From Ranitomeya imitator (Eukaryota), in NCBI RefSeq assembly GCF_032444005.1, contig NC_091288.1, positions 42,098,001 through 42,162,000 on the forward strand: a DNA stretch of 64,000 nucleotides. Reading direction: 5' to 3'. Positions within the stretch are counted from its first letter, which is position 1; the number at the start of each line of letters is the position of its first letter. Below, piece after piece: positions 33,153 through 47,189 of the stretch. The notes under the pieces are model-generated. The model worked only from the letters and a program-made list of their open reading frames with translations, made no database searches and was not told the DNA's origin. The translations under genes were made by a program, and so were the position numbers.

Positions 33153-35897
33153 TAAGACCTAGGCTGCCATTACAAACTGTCTGCTTAAATGGAATGACCA
33201 CAACAAAATCTAACAGTATGTTCACACGTCATCTTTTTTCCTGGTAGATAAAAATGTACGTTTTTCCGAAAGAAGATGCTTTAGAAAACTCTCTTTCTCT
33301 GGAGTTTTGCAAACCTGAGCCATTTTTTTTAGCATTTTTAGCAATTTTTTTGTGGGGGGGACATTTCCTGAGCTTTTTTTTTTTTACAGCATTATTGTCT
33401 AAATGTTCTTGACCAATTAAGAAAGTACTAGTGTATTTTTGGTGGCTTAAATGCTATAAAAAGCCTTCCTCATTCACTAGCTGTGCAAAATTGATGCATT
33501 TGTATGTCACTTGGTACCAAGAGGTTAAATGGTCTGTATATTTTGCAAACAATATTTTTTTTTTAATCCAGTGGAACTAAAATAAAAGAATGAAGTAACT
33601 TTTTAAATAGTTTTGTGACTACTGCAGCTCTGCAGACCTATGTGTCTCCATACTAACAGATAACTCTAGTCTGATCCAGCAGTCGTCCTTCATTATTGTG
33701 AAACTGTAGACTATAGGTTAGGGAGTAGTAGTACAGAGGGGAATATAAATACAGATTGGATGAAAAACAGTTGCACTGTAACAACAAAATAAATGTATTT
33801 TTTCTTTTTCTTAGAAATATTTATAGGGCAGTGTTCTCTTCTGCTCTTTCCTACACAGATGGAACCATTCACAAAAGTAAACTTTATGCTATACTTTTTA
33901 ATGAGTAACGTATGGAACTGCATACCCGGTAACATATGTAACAGCCTTCCACCAAGGTATACTGTATGTCAGGGAGTTCTACTGATGTATCCATCCGAAG
34001 AAGAAAAAAAAACAATGTAATCAGATCCGATTCTTAACGTACCGTATGTTTACCCGGTGTATTGTTTAGGTAAGCATTTGTAATTGATGAAGTTTTATTT
34101 TTATAAGAACCAGCCATCATGGTAAATGTTAGTCTGAGCTAATCTTTTTAGAGTTTGTATCTATTTTTACTGTTATACATGTTGCCGCTAGTCTCTTTAC
34201 ATTGGTCTAAAGGGTAGCGTTTCTCCTTGTGGAGAGTGGCATACCGGCTCCGGTATGGCTATGTCTGGTATGTTAATATACTTTAATTAAAAATCCCCTA
34301 TCCTCCCTTAACTACACTATCTGTGTTTCTTTTTTTTTAACAAATTCCTTGTTGTTGATGCTTCGTTTGAGAAATCATACTGCATGCTGGGATACTCAAG
34401 TGAAGTGTCATCAGGGAGCAGAGGCTTCGGTCATTGCCACCGCCCACACCGCCTCCCTGAAACGAAGCATCATCAGTGACCTTTGTTCGGGACGCTGGGC
34501 TAGTCCCTGCTCTGTCACTGTGCAATGTGAACAATGACATTGCGCTCTGTTGCCCACTCAGATCAGTAGTAATGAGCCGGCAACAGAGTACACTGTCAGT
34601 GCACATTGTAAGATGAATAACTGGCTTGCAGATACCAGTCTACATTGTTTTTATAGATTTTGCACATGACATTTGATGTCTGAATTTTACCCTTACATTT
34701 CTATGAAATATTTTTTTCTGCCCTCAGTAGAGATACGTCAGAATAGAACTTTTCCTTGCTCCGGAATGTTGTAGTGCCATTTTGAGGGTGAGCTGGGCTC
34801 TTTCTGGATACCAGTGATGCCCCTGTAAGTGACATCACTTGCAGGGAAGTCTCTACACTCCGGGTATTCTTCTTACCACGTGCACTGACAGTGCGCTCTA
34901 TTGCTGGCTCATTACTACTGATCTGAGCTGGTGAGAGAGCACACTGTCATCATGCACATCGCACAGTGATAGAATGATAATGACTAGCCCAACCCCTAAA
35001 ATAAAGGTCACTGATGATGCTCGGTTTTAGGGAGGGCGTAGAGACTGCAGCAGTGTCCGCAGCCTCTGCCCCCTAATGATAATTCATTTGAGTATACTGG
35101 CATGTGCTGTAAATTCTACAAAGCGTCATAAAAAAGGTAGTAGTAAAAAAAGACATTAAATAGTGTAATTAGGGAATTTTTAACTAAAGTATATTAGAAA
35201 ATAAATTACAAGTATATACATGTGCATGAGCAGAGATTTTCAGCACTTTTTTTGTGTCTCCACTCCCATAGGCGTGGCGCTAATATTCATTACCTTAATG
35301 AGCGGCACCTCGTGACCGCTGAGCAGAGGAGAGCTGCTGCACCAGAATAACGGAGATGCAGGGATGGAGATGCAGCAACGGCATGAGGAAGGTGAGTAGG
35401 ACGGGGGATGTGAGCCATGCATTCAACGATGGGATGGGGGGAGCTGAGCCATGCGGGACCGGGGGAGTCAAGTCATGCGGGACCAGGGGAGCCATGCATA
35501 CAACAAGGGGAGCCACACACCAGGACAGGACGGGGAGCCACATACCGGGACAGGACAGGGGGAGACATGCATAGCAGGACAGGGATGAGGGGACAATGCA
35601 TACCCGGATTACACTCAAGTCAATAAGCTTACCCAGTTTTCCTGGCAAAATTAGGTATACTCGGGTTGGCTTATACTCAAGTATATATAGTGGTCACAAA
35701 ACTTAAAAAAAAGAAAATGCTCTAAAGGAACTATTGGGTTCACACATTATACCAATAGTAAAATAGACATGCAGTACATTTGCTTCAGAAATATCCACAA
35801 CTGAAAATCAATACCACAAATCCAAACAGAGTTGTAGCTGCCAAATGTGCATGGATTTCAGCAAGCCCCTTTCTGTTGGGGCAATTTTTGCCTTTAA

Positions 35898-38800
35898 CTC
35901 CTTAACGACGAATGATGGACATAGCACATTATGAGCAGGTGTCAGTTCCCGCATCATGATGTGCCATGTCCGTCATGCATTTAAGCTGTCACTGTATGTA
36001 AACACTCTGTGACAGTTCTGTCCTGACAGCTGTCACTGACGGCTGAGCGGCCTGTGGAGTGGTGCGAGTACCCATGTCATCTCTACCAGCACACAGGGGG
36101 CTGTGATTGGTCAAACTGATGCCATAGCATCAGGGCGGAAAGGTAAGGATTACTTTGATTTTTTAAAAGAGGATCGGGGAGTGTTTACTTCAATTAAAGG
36201 ACTTTACTCTGTCTCTTTACTAAATTTGACTATGGGGTTAGGAATGGGGGTGTCTTATTGATGCCTCTCCATTGCCAATCCCTAGGCCTGATGCCAGCGG
36301 ACATAAAACAGCTGACATCAACCTCACAACTATTACCCCACTTGCCACCGCATCAGGGCAAATGGGAATAGCGGAGGCTAAGCACCAGAATCAGTGCATC
36401 TAATGGATGTGCCATTTCTCGAGCAGCTGAGGGCTGACATTCTTAGTCTGAGAGGAGGAAAAATGTCCATGGTTCCGTCCGAACTATTAATATACAACTG
36501 TCTGTTTAGCCTTTGCAGGTTAGTAAATATAGGGGTGACCCCACATCAATTTTTTGGAGTCCCCCTATAATAATCAGAGAATGCAAATCAAACAGCTGTG
36601 AGCTGTTACTAATACGCTGGGATACTTTAGGGATATTGGCCCCTTCCCAGAATATTACCATCAGCCTCCATCTGTTGGCTTTCCATCAGCTAATTATGAA
36701 AATGAAGGGGGACCCAACGACATTTTTTAAAATGTATTTCTTCAATACATGATATACACACATCAGGTGCTGATTCCATCTCCCATCAGCGTCGTCTGGT
36801 GTTGCTGATCACAGGGAGACCAGTCGACAATGATGAGAGCTGCATTCAGCAATCGGAACCTGGGATCGGCGCTAACTGTACTGCTTTTCTTAAGCTCTGG
36901 TACGTGTCACACTTATGTGGCACACAGACGGCAAACGAATGCCACACATATGTTACGCACGGATAGCACTGGAATTGGCTTTTCCAGTGCCGGTACTATT
37001 AGAACATATGAAGGGACATAAGTGTGTGACAGCAGCCTAACAGAAAAAAATGTATTAAATCTGTTAAAGCTGTAGTCGCACTGAGCAGAAGAATAAAGAC
37101 ATCTAATCACTTAAACCACATGAGCAACAGCACAAAATAAAACAAACCAATTCTTCACCTGCTGTTGATTTGTTCATTCTGCCTCAGTGCATATTTATCC
37201 TGCGTCCTATGCTGACCTTTCACACTGGGGTTTCCGTGTACATCTCTGAAATACGTTATTCAGTCGGAACCCTTGATGGAATATTTCCTATAAGTAGGCA
37301 GATGGAAGCACTGTGGACCCTGTCTGGCCTATTCTCCAACTGTGTCCGTCTTTTTAGGCGTACATAAAAGTGCAGTCCACCACAGTTTTGCGCACCTTTG
37401 AAAAAAAGAACAATGCTGAACAGAGTCCAGACGTAGTTTGGAATAACTCTGCTGCCTCATTATAGTGAATGGACCCATCTGGGGTTTCATCTGAATCACG
37501 TCATTTGGAGATTTAAATGGAAACTGCAATGTAAGTGCTCAGCGTAGAGCGCAAGATAAATATGATTCCAAATGTTATGTAAAATGTTTCCAATAAAAGC
37601 TTCAACTCAATCCACAAAAAAGCAAGCGCCTGCTCAGGTCCTTCATCTGTCAATGGAAATACTGGGGTCTTCCATGTTACTGATAGCACAAAGGCTCTGG
37701 AAAACCACTATGGCTAATCACCCCCCAAAAGAAATCCAGCTACTTCTACGCTCCCAAATCTAAATGCCCCTCTCCCTTGTTTGCCCCACAATGTGCCTAA
37801 ACCATATTTAGCGTCCACATGTTTGGCAGGGGTATAATTTCCAAAATGGAGTCACTTGAGGGGGGATTCTACTATTCTAGCACTTAGGGGCTCTGTACAT
37901 GGAGTGTGCAAACTATTCTAGGAAAATTTGCACTCCAGGAGGCAAATAGCCCTCGGTCTCTCCCAAGTCTCACTGTGTGGCTAAGCAGTACTGTGCAGTG
38001 ACATATGGGTTATTTCCCTGTTCAGCAGAAATTGTGTGACAAATTTTGGTGCCATTTTGACCCATTTCCCAGTGTGAAGATCTAAAATCTGGAGATAAAA
38101 CAGCATTTTTGTGGTAAAAATTGAATTATTTTTTCTTCACTGCCCAATGGTGTAAAATTATGTGACACATTTGTGGTGTCAATATGATCACTGCACTACT
38201 AGATGAATTCATTGAGAGGAGCTTGTAAAATTGGCTCAAGTATGGAGGTTCTGCTGTTTTTACACCTCAGGGACTCTCACAGTGGGTCATGGCATCCAAG
38301 AATCATAACAGTAAAATTGGCACTATAATATGGCGCTCCTTCGCTTCTGAACTTTATACTGTACCTCAGAATTCCCAATTACATGTAGGTTATTGGCAGT
38401 ATCAGGAGAACGTCATGGGGTTACAGCAACAAAGAGGAGACAGAAGACCGCAGCATCTGATTGCTCTTACTACTGCACTGAAAAGAAGCACTTCACCTTC
38501 TTTTTAAATGGTGTTAATTTATTTTTGCAGTACAGGGGTTAATCGGCTATGTTGAGAGTCTGGGCTCTCAGCTGAGCACGGTTAGCCACTCCTATCTCCT
38601 TTATAATCTGGGTCCTGAATGACACGCATCGTCAGAGCTAGCTTATGCTGCATGGCTGCGAGGATAGTTGTTTAGTGATTATATGAGAAGGCGTATGGTG
38701 AGTTTATCAGTGACTCTTGCTTGGGTTTGTAAGTGTGATAATTCCCTTTCCTTCTCCTACTTTGGTTTATCCCCATCCTCCACTCCCCAGTGCATTCCTC

Positions 38801-40179
38801 TTTTATATGTGAGTGAATATTTGTATGCCTGGTATTTTCAGTTGCCCTAGTTCCTATTGCCTTGTTCGTCTGCTTGGTGTATAGCAGTGCACAGCTGCTC
38901 CCCTCTTCCCTGAGTGGGGGAAGGGTACAGACGGAGGGTGGATACAGGAGATAAGGCAGGGTACGTGGCCTCTGCATCTTCACCTTCAGAATTAACCCAG
39001 GAAATAGGGCGAGCTAGGGCGCCCCCTAGCGTTAGGGACAGAGAAGGAGCCCGTGGTCCCGGGTCACCCGACAGCCGAGTTGTGACAGAGAAATTGCACA
39101 ACAAAGTGAGAGGTCCATTTTTTCCTATAAGCCATTATAAAAATTTGGGGCTATAACAACATTTTAGCTGTAAAAATGTAATTTTCTTTCTTCACTGCCC
39201 AATGGTATAAATTTCTGTGAGGCACATGTAGTGTCAACCTGCACCCCTAGATAAATTCATTGAGAATTGTAGTTTGTAAAATTACAGAACTTATGGTGGG
39301 TTTCTGGCACCTCTGGGACTCTGCCAATATAACATGGCACCCTCAAACCATTCCAGCAAAATCTGAACTTCAGTATGGTGCTTCTTCCCTTCTGAGCTTT
39401 GCACTATTCTTCTAAAGTAGTTTGCTTTGAGCACAAACAGTAGTTTCCCCCCACATATGGGGTATCGGCATACTCAGGAGAATTTGCATAGAGAATTTTG
39501 GGATCCATTTTCTTCTGTTACCCTTGTGAAAAATAAAATTGCAGCTAAAGTAAAATGTTTGCGAAAAAAGTAAAATGTTAATTTTTTCATTCAACATTGC
39601 TTCAGTTCCTGTGAAGCACCTGAAGGGTTAATAAACTTCATGAATGTGGTTTTGAGCAATTTGAAGGGTGCAGTTTTTAGAATGTTGTCACTTTTGGTTA
39701 CTATCTGTCATATGGGGCCCTCAAGTCACTTCAAATATGATGTGGTCCCTAAAAAAATTGTTTTGTAAATTTTGCTGGAAAAAAATGGAAATTGCTGATC
39801 ATCTTTTAACTTTTCTAGCTTCCTAACAAAAAAAGTTTACATTTCAAAAATTGTGCTGATGTAAAGTAGACTTGTCGTAAATGTTATTTATTAACTACTT
39901 TGTGTGACATAGTTCTGTTTTAAGGGCATAAGAACTAAAAGTTTGAAAATTGTGAAATTTTGTAAATTTTCGCCAAATTTCTGATATTTTCACAAATAAA
40001 GTAATTTCAGACTAATTTTGTCTCTATTATGAATTATAATATGTCATGAAAAACAGTCTCAGAATCACTGGGATCCGTTGAAGTGTTTTAAAGTTATTAC
40101 CCCATAAAGTGACACTGGTCAGATTTAAAAAAAATGAGGCATGGTCATTAACTTACAAAGTGGCTCAGTCCTTAAGGGG
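35898..40179 (+). mobile_element. Large non-autonomous piggyBac-like element
   Basis: TTAA|CTCCTTAACGAC ... GTCCTTAAGGGG|TTAA. The interior is colinear with 4600-13820 and shows no transposase. Confidence 0.65.
38411..39087 (+). mobile_element. Solo LTR (family 3)
   Basis: (C)GTCATGGG...GTTGTGACA with a 5-bp TSD GAGAA. It is an inverted homologue of 48928-49608 and 58214-58898. Orientation is tentative. Confidence 0.75.
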
Positions 40180-41421
40180 TTAAAAAGAGTTGACCCACAG
40201 ACACAACCCATTTTTTTAAGCTTAGTCTATGTGGATTAAGCTCTTCTAACCTCTGATAATCAGCGGTAATAGTCAGGCGAAGCTGCCTCCAGGGATTCAT
40301 TTGTGAATTGTAGCAAATGGAACATTACCTTCTAACCATTAAAATGAATAGAAGCCATATTAGTGAATAGGAGACAAGGTGCAGTACCTGACAGGAACCA
40401 CAAATCAACACATGAGTTCCCCCTTATCTATCCTATGGCTAGGTGATCAATAAGTAAGTACCAGAAAACTAATTTAATACACGTGCAGGCTTGATACTTC
40501 AGTGCTATTTTCTGTTCTTTCTCATAAAAGTGACACCCACCTATTATGACAGCCATATGACCTAATCAGTTTAAAGAGGACCCACCACCAAATGTTTAAT
40601 GTTGAACTGGACACACACTATAATAGTGGCTGCAGAGCAAAATGAAACTTTTTTTTTCCATTTCACCACTCTGTGGTGGGGGCGTGTTTTTCTTTTCTCA
40701 GTGTTTTGCTGCCTGTTTATGATTGGTCAGCATCATACAGGGTGAAGAAGTACACGCCCCTAGTGAAAACTTTTTAACAACAACTTGGACTTCAGAAAAG
40801 TTAACTGTCAAATACTTTTATTGCTAATATCTCTGGGCAAGGCGAATACAAAAAAAGCTATTATTCCCTTTATATACGGTACTTCCTAACAAACCCATTT
40901 TGGTGGCTTATTGATTTTTGAATATGCCTACAATCAATGTTATAATTCGGCTTGTGACATGCTTTTTGCTGATATTTTCAAGGAGCTGGTGGTGACGCTA
41001 CTCTTGCAAATCATGTTATTCGTGCCCACAGGGGCGTGATAACATCATTAGTGGGATGATTAGTCTGTGGAAAGCAACACCCCCACAATTAGTCACCCGC
41101 TAATTAGCATATCACAAGGCCAGTTATATAAATGTTTTAGGCATTTTCAAAAATCATTAAGATACGAAAAAGAGCATTGTTAAGAAATATGCATTGCTAA
41201 GAAAATAAAAGGAACACTTAAACAGCACAATGTAACTCCAAGTCAATCACACTTCTGTGAAATCAAACTGTCCAGTTATGAAGTAGCAGCAATTGTGAAT
41301 CAAATCCTCATGCTGTTGTGCAAGTTGCACAGACAACAGGTAGAAATGATAGGAAGGTCCCTTGTACTCCATCTACCTCCATGGTGCCCCATATGGCTCT
41401 ATATGCTGTAGGGATGCTACC

Positions 41422-44400
41422 TGTTGTGAATTCTGTGGCTGAATTCACTCCTGTGGTCACAAGTGGTACTGCAGCTTCTGAGCTTCCTCCCTCAGGTGTT
41501 CTGGTGAGCTCGTTAACTGCTTCATTACTTAACTCCGCCTGATGCTGCTATCCTTGCTCCTTGTCAATGTTTCAGTGTTGGATCTGAGCTTCTCCTGATT
41601 GTTCCTGTGACCTGCTGCTCTGTATAGCTAAGTGCTTTTTGCTTTTTTGTTGCTTTTTTTCTGTCCAGCTTGTCTTTTGTTTTGCTGGAAGCTCTGAGAC
41701 GCAAAGGGTGTACCGCCGTGCCGTTAGTTCGGCACGGTGGTTTTTTTTTGCCCCCTTTGCGTGGTTTTGCTTTAGGGTTTTTTGTAGACTGCAAAGTTCG
41801 CTTTACTGTCCTCGCTCTGTCCTAGAATATCGGGCCCCACTTTGCTGAATCTATTTCATCCCTACGTTTTGTCTTTTCATCTTACTCACAGTCATTATAT
41901 GTGGGGGGCTGCCTTTTCCTTTGGGGAATTTCTCTGGGGCAAGTCAGGCCTATATTTCTATCTTCAGGCTAGCTAGTTTCTTAGGCTGTGCCGAGTTGCC
42001 TAGGTAGTTGTTAGGCGCAATCCACAGCCGCTTTTAGTTGTGTTTAGGATAGGATCAGGTGTGCAGTCTACAGAGTTTCCACGTCTCAGAGCTCGTTCTT
42101 GTATTTTTGGGTATTTGTCAGATCACTGTGTGCGCTCTGATCGTTAAGCACACTGTGTTTCTGGATTGCCTTCATAACACCTGTCATTAGCAAACATAAC
42201 AGTACAAGGAGCCCAAACTAATGATTCTCAATAGAGGGAAAGAAAAAGTTCTGACATCATTTTTTTTTTTTTCTCCCTGCTCTGTGTTCACTTTTTTTTT
42301 TTTTTTTTTCCCCTAGACATTTGGGTGATTCTGGACACAGGTGTGGACATGGATATTCAGGATCTGTGCTCTTCAATGGATAATCTCGTTATAAATGTAC
42401 AAAAAATTCAAGATACTATTGATCAGAAATCTATGTTAGAACCAAGAATTCCTATTCCTGATTTGTTTTTTTGGAGATAGAACTAAGTTTCTAAGTTTCA
42501 AAAATAATTGTAAGCTATTTCTGGCCTTGAAACCTCATTCTTCTGGTAATCCTATTCAACAGGTTTTGATTATTATTTCTTTTTTGCGCGGCGACCCTCA
42601 AGACTGGGCATTTTCTCTTGCGCCAGGAGACCCTGCATTGAGTAGTGTCGATGCAATTTTCCTGGCGCTCGGATTGCTGTACGATGAGCCTAATTCAGTG
42701 GATCAGGCTGAGAAAAATTTGCTGGCTTTGTGCCAGGGTCAGGATGATATAGAAGTATATTGTCAGAAATTTAGGAAATGGTCAGTACTCACTCAGTGGA
42801 ATGAATCTGCGCTGGCAGCTTTGTTCAGAAAGGGTCTCTCTGAGGCTCTTAAGGATGTCATGGTGGGATTTCCTATGCCTGCTGGTTTGAATGAGTCTTT
42901 GTCTTTGGCCATTCAGATCGGTCGACGCTTGCGCGAGCGTAAATCTGTGCACCATTTGGCGGTACTGCCTGAGGTTAAACCTGAGCCTATGCAGTGCGAT
43001 AGGACTATGACTAGAGTTGAACGGCAGGAATACAGACGTCTGAATGGTCTGTGTTTCTACTGTGGTGATTCCACTCATGCTATTTCTGATTGTCCTAAGC
43101 GCACTAAGCGGTCCGCTAGGTCTGCCGTCATTGGTACTGTACAGTCCAAATTCCTTCTGTCCATTACCTTGATATGCTCTTTGTCGTCGTTTTCTGTCAT
43201 GGCGTTTGTGGATTCGGGCGCTGCCCTGAATCTGATGGATTTGGATTATGCTAAACGTTGTGGGTTTTTCTTGGAGCCTTTGCGGTGTCCTATTCCATTG
43301 AGAGGAATTGATGCTACACCTTTGGCCAAGAATAAACCTCAATACTGGGCCCAGCTGACCATGTGCATGGCTCCTGCACATCAGGAAGTTATTCGCTTTC
43401 TGGTGTTGCATAATCTGCATGATGTGGTCGTGTTGGGGTTGCCATGGCTACAAACCCATAATCCAGTATTGGATTGGAATTCCATGTCGGTATCCAGCTG
43501 GGGTTGTCAGGGGGTACATGGTGATGTTCCATTTTTGTCGATTTCGTCATCCACCCCTTCTGAGGTCCCAGAGTTCTTGTCTGATTATCAGGATGTATTT
43601 GAAGAGCCCAAGTCCGATGCTCTACCTCCGCATAGGGATTGTGATTGTGCTATCAATTTGATTCCTGGTAGTAAATTCCCTAAAGGTCGATTATTTAATT
43701 TATCCGTGCCCGAACACGCCGCTATGCGCAGTTATGTGAAGGAATCCCTGGAGAAGGGACATATTCGCCCATCGTCATCACCACTGGGAGCAGGGTTCTT
43801 CTTTGTAGCCAAGAAGGATGGTTCGCTGAGACCGTGTATTGATTACCGCCTTCTTAATAAGATCACTGTTAAATTTCAGTATCCCTTGCCATTGTTATCT
43901 GACTTGTTTGCTCAGATTAAGGGGGCTAGTTGGTTCACTAAGATAGATCTTCGTGGTGCGTATAATCTGGTGAGAATCAGGCAAGGAGATGAATGGAAAA
44001 CTGCATTCAATACGCCCGAGGGTCATTTTGAGTATCTAGTGATGCCGTTCGGACTTGCCAATGCTCCATCTGTGTTTCAGTCTTTTATGCATGACATCTT
44101 CCGTGAGTATCTGGATAAATTCCTGATTGTTTACTTGGATGACATTTTGATCTTCTCATATGATTGGGAGTCTCATGTGAAGCAGGTCAGAATGGTTTTT
44201 CAGGTCCTGCGTGCTAACTCTTTGTTTGTGAAGGGATCAAAGTGTCTCTTCGGTGTGCAGAAAGTTTCATTTTTGGGGTTCATCTTTACCCCTTCTACTA
44301 TCGAGATGGATCCAGTTAAGGTCCAAGCCATCCATGATTGGATTCAGCCGACATCTCTGAAAAGTCTGCAAAAGTTCCTGGGCTTTGCTAATTTTTATCG

Positions 44401-47189
44401 TCGCTTCATCTGTAATTTTTCTAGCATTGCCAAACCATTGACCGATTTGACCAAGAAGGGTGCTGATTTGGTTAATTGGTCTTCTGCTGCTGTGGAAGCT
44501 TTTCAGGAGTTGAAGCGTCGTTTTTGTTCTGCCCCTGTGTTGTGTCAGCCAGATGTTTCTCTTCCGTTCCAGGTCGAGGTTGATGCTTCTGAGATTGGAG
44601 CAGGGGCGGTTTTGTCACAGAGAGGTTCTGATTGCTCAGTGATGAAACCATGTGCTTTCTTTTCCAGGAAGTTTTCACCCGCTGAGCGTAATTATGATGT
44701 GGGCAATCGAGAGTTGCTGGCCATGAAGTGGGCATTCGAGGAGTGGCGTCATTGGCTTGAAGGAGCTAAGCATCGCGTGGTGGTATTGACTGATCATAAG
44801 AACTTGACTTATCTCGAGTCTGCCAAGCGCTTGAATCCTAGACAGGCCCGTTGGTCGTTATTTTTTGCCCGCTTCGACTTTGTGATTTCGTACCTTCCGG
44901 GCTCTAAAAATGTGAAGGCGGATGCTCTGTCTAGGAGTTTTGTGCCCGACTCTCCGGGTTTATCTGAGCCAGCGGGTATCCTCAAGGAAGGAGTCATTGT
45001 GTCTGCCATCTCCCCTGATTTGCGGCGGGTGCTGCAAAAATTTCAGGCGAATAAACCTGATCGTTGTCCAGCAGAGAAACTGTTCGTCCCTGATAGGTGG
45101 ACTAATAAACTTATCTCTGAACTTCATTGTTCGGTGTTGGCTGGTCATCCTGGAATCTTTGGTACCAGAGAGTTAGTGGCTAGATCCTTCTGGTGGCCAT
45201 CTCTGTCACGGGATGTACGTACTTTTGTGCAGTCCTGTGGGATTTGTGCTAGGGCTAAGCCCTGCTGTTCTCGTGCCAGTGGGTTGCTTTTGCCCTTGCC
45301 GGTCCCAAAGAGGCCTTGGACACATCTTTCGATGGATTTCATTTCTGACCTTCCCGTTTCTCAAAAGATGTCAGTCATTTGGGTGGTCTGTGATCGCTTT
45401 TCTAAAATGGTCCATCTGGTGCCCTTGGCTAAATTGCCTTCCTCCTCTGATTTGGTACCTTTGTTCTTTCAGCATGTGGTTCGGTTGCATGGCATTCCTG
45501 AGAATATTGTTTCTGACAGAGGTTCCCAGTTTGTTTCAAGGTTTTGGCGAGCCTTTTGTGGTAGGATGGGCATTGACCTATCCTTTTCCTCGGCTTTCCA
45601 TCCTCAGACTAATGGCCAGACCGAACGAACCAATCAGACCTTGGAAACATATCTGAGATGTTTTGTTTCTGCAGACCAGGATGATTGGGTGTCCTTTTTG
45701 CCGTTGGCTGAGTTCGCCCTTAATAATCGGGCCAGCTCGGCTACCTTGGTTTCTCCATTTTTTTGAAATTCTGGGTTCCATCCTCGTTTCTCTTCAGGAC
45801 AGGTTGAGTCTTCGGACTGTCCTGGTGTGGATTCTGTGGTGGATAGGTTGCAGCAGATCTGGACTCAGGTAGTGGACAATTTGATCTTGTCCCAGGAGAA
45901 AGCTCAACTTTTCGCTAATCGCAGACGCCGTGTGGGTCCCCGACTTCGTGTTGGGGATCTGGTTTAGTTATCTTCTCGTCATATTCCTATGAAGGTTTCC
46001 TCTCCTAAATTTAAACCTCGTTTTATTGGTCCGTATAGGATTTCTGAGGTTCTCAATCCTGTGTCTTTTCGTTTGACCCTCCCAGACTCCTTTTCCATAC
46101 ATAATGTATTCCATAGGTCGTTGTTGCGGAGATACGTGGCACCTATGGTTCCATCTGTTGAGCCTCCTGCCCCGGTTTTGGTGGGGGGGAATTGGAGTAT
46201 ATTGTGGAGAAGATTTTGGATTCTCGTGTTTCTAGACGGAAACTCCAGTATCTGGTTAAATGGAAGGGTTATGCTCAGGAAGATAATTCCTGGGTTTTTG
46301 CCTCTGATGTTCATGCTTCCGATCTTGTTCGTGCCTTTCATGCGGCTCATCCTGGTCGGCCTGGGGGCTCTGGTGAGGGTTCGGTGACCCCTCCTCAAGG
46401 GGGGGGTACTGTTGTGAATTCTGTGGCTGAATTCACTCCTGTGGTCACAAGTGGTACTGCAGCTTCTGAGCTTCCTCCCTCAGGTGTTCTGGTGAGCTCG
46501 TTAACTGCTTCATTACTTAACTCCGCCTGATGCTGCTATCCTTGCTCCTTGTCAATGTTTCAGTGTTGGATCTGAGCTTCTCCTGATTGTTCCTGTGACC
46601 TGCTGCTCTGTATAGCTAAGTGCTTTTTGCTTTTTTGTTGCTTTTTTTCTGTCCAGCTTGTCTTTTGTTTTGCTGGAAGCTCTGAGACGCAAAGGGTGTA
46701 CCGCCGTGCCGTTAGTTCGGCACGGTGGGGTGTTTTTGCCCCCTTTGCGTGGTTTTGCTTTAGGGTTTTTTGTAGACTGCAAAGTTCGCTTTACTGTCCT
46801 CGCTCTGTCCTAGAATATCGGGCCCCACTTTGCTGAATCTATTTCATCCCTACGTTTTGTCTTTTCATCTTACTCACAGTCATTATATGTGGGGGGCTGC
46901 CTTTTCCTTTGGGGAATTTCTCTGGGGCAAGTCAGGCCTATATTTCTATCTTCAGGCTAGCTAGTTTCTTAGGCTGTGCCGAGTTGCCTAGGTAGTTGTT
47001 AGGCGCAATCCACAGCCGCTTTTAGTTGTGTTTAGGATAGGATCAGGTGTGCAGTCTACAGAGTTTCCACGTCTCAGAGCTCGTTCTTGTATTTTTGGGT
47101 ATTTGTCAGATCACTGTGTGCGCTCTGATCGTTAAGCACACTGTGTTTCTGGATTGCCTTCATAACACCTGTCATTAGCAAACATAACA
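41422..47189 (+). mobile_element. Full-length chromodomain Gypsy LTR retrotransposon (Tf1/sushi-type), copy A
   Basis: 780-bp TG..CA LTRs (41422-42201 and 46410-47189), PPT AAGGGGGGGGTAC, flanking GCTACC duplication, and gag-PR-RT-RH-IN-chromodomain. Confidence 0.97.
42349..46530 (+). pseudogene. gag-pol: gag-pol polyprotein with frameshifts (about 42470, 46190) and stops (45766, about 45965)
   Basis: CFYCGDSTHAISDC knuckle, FVDSGA protease, YLDD RT, VDAS RNase H, H..H/C..C plus MDFISDL..SDRG..GQTER integrase, GPY motif, and chromodomain EYIVEKILDSR..YLVKWKGY. Confidence 0.95.

Noticed and set aside
33861-34121. Plus-strand exon candidates (CAG|ATGGAACC.. and AAG|AACCAGCCATCATG|GTAAAT)
   Set aside because: The first overlaps a decayed inverted repeat and lacks a good donor. 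The second is a 14-nt match with no supporting neighbours.
41713-41750. Hairpin plus T-run resembling an intrinsic terminator in the copy A LTR
   Set aside because: This is a eukaryotic LTR context, and the T-run is not kept in the 3' LTR. At most it is an R/U5 RNA stem.
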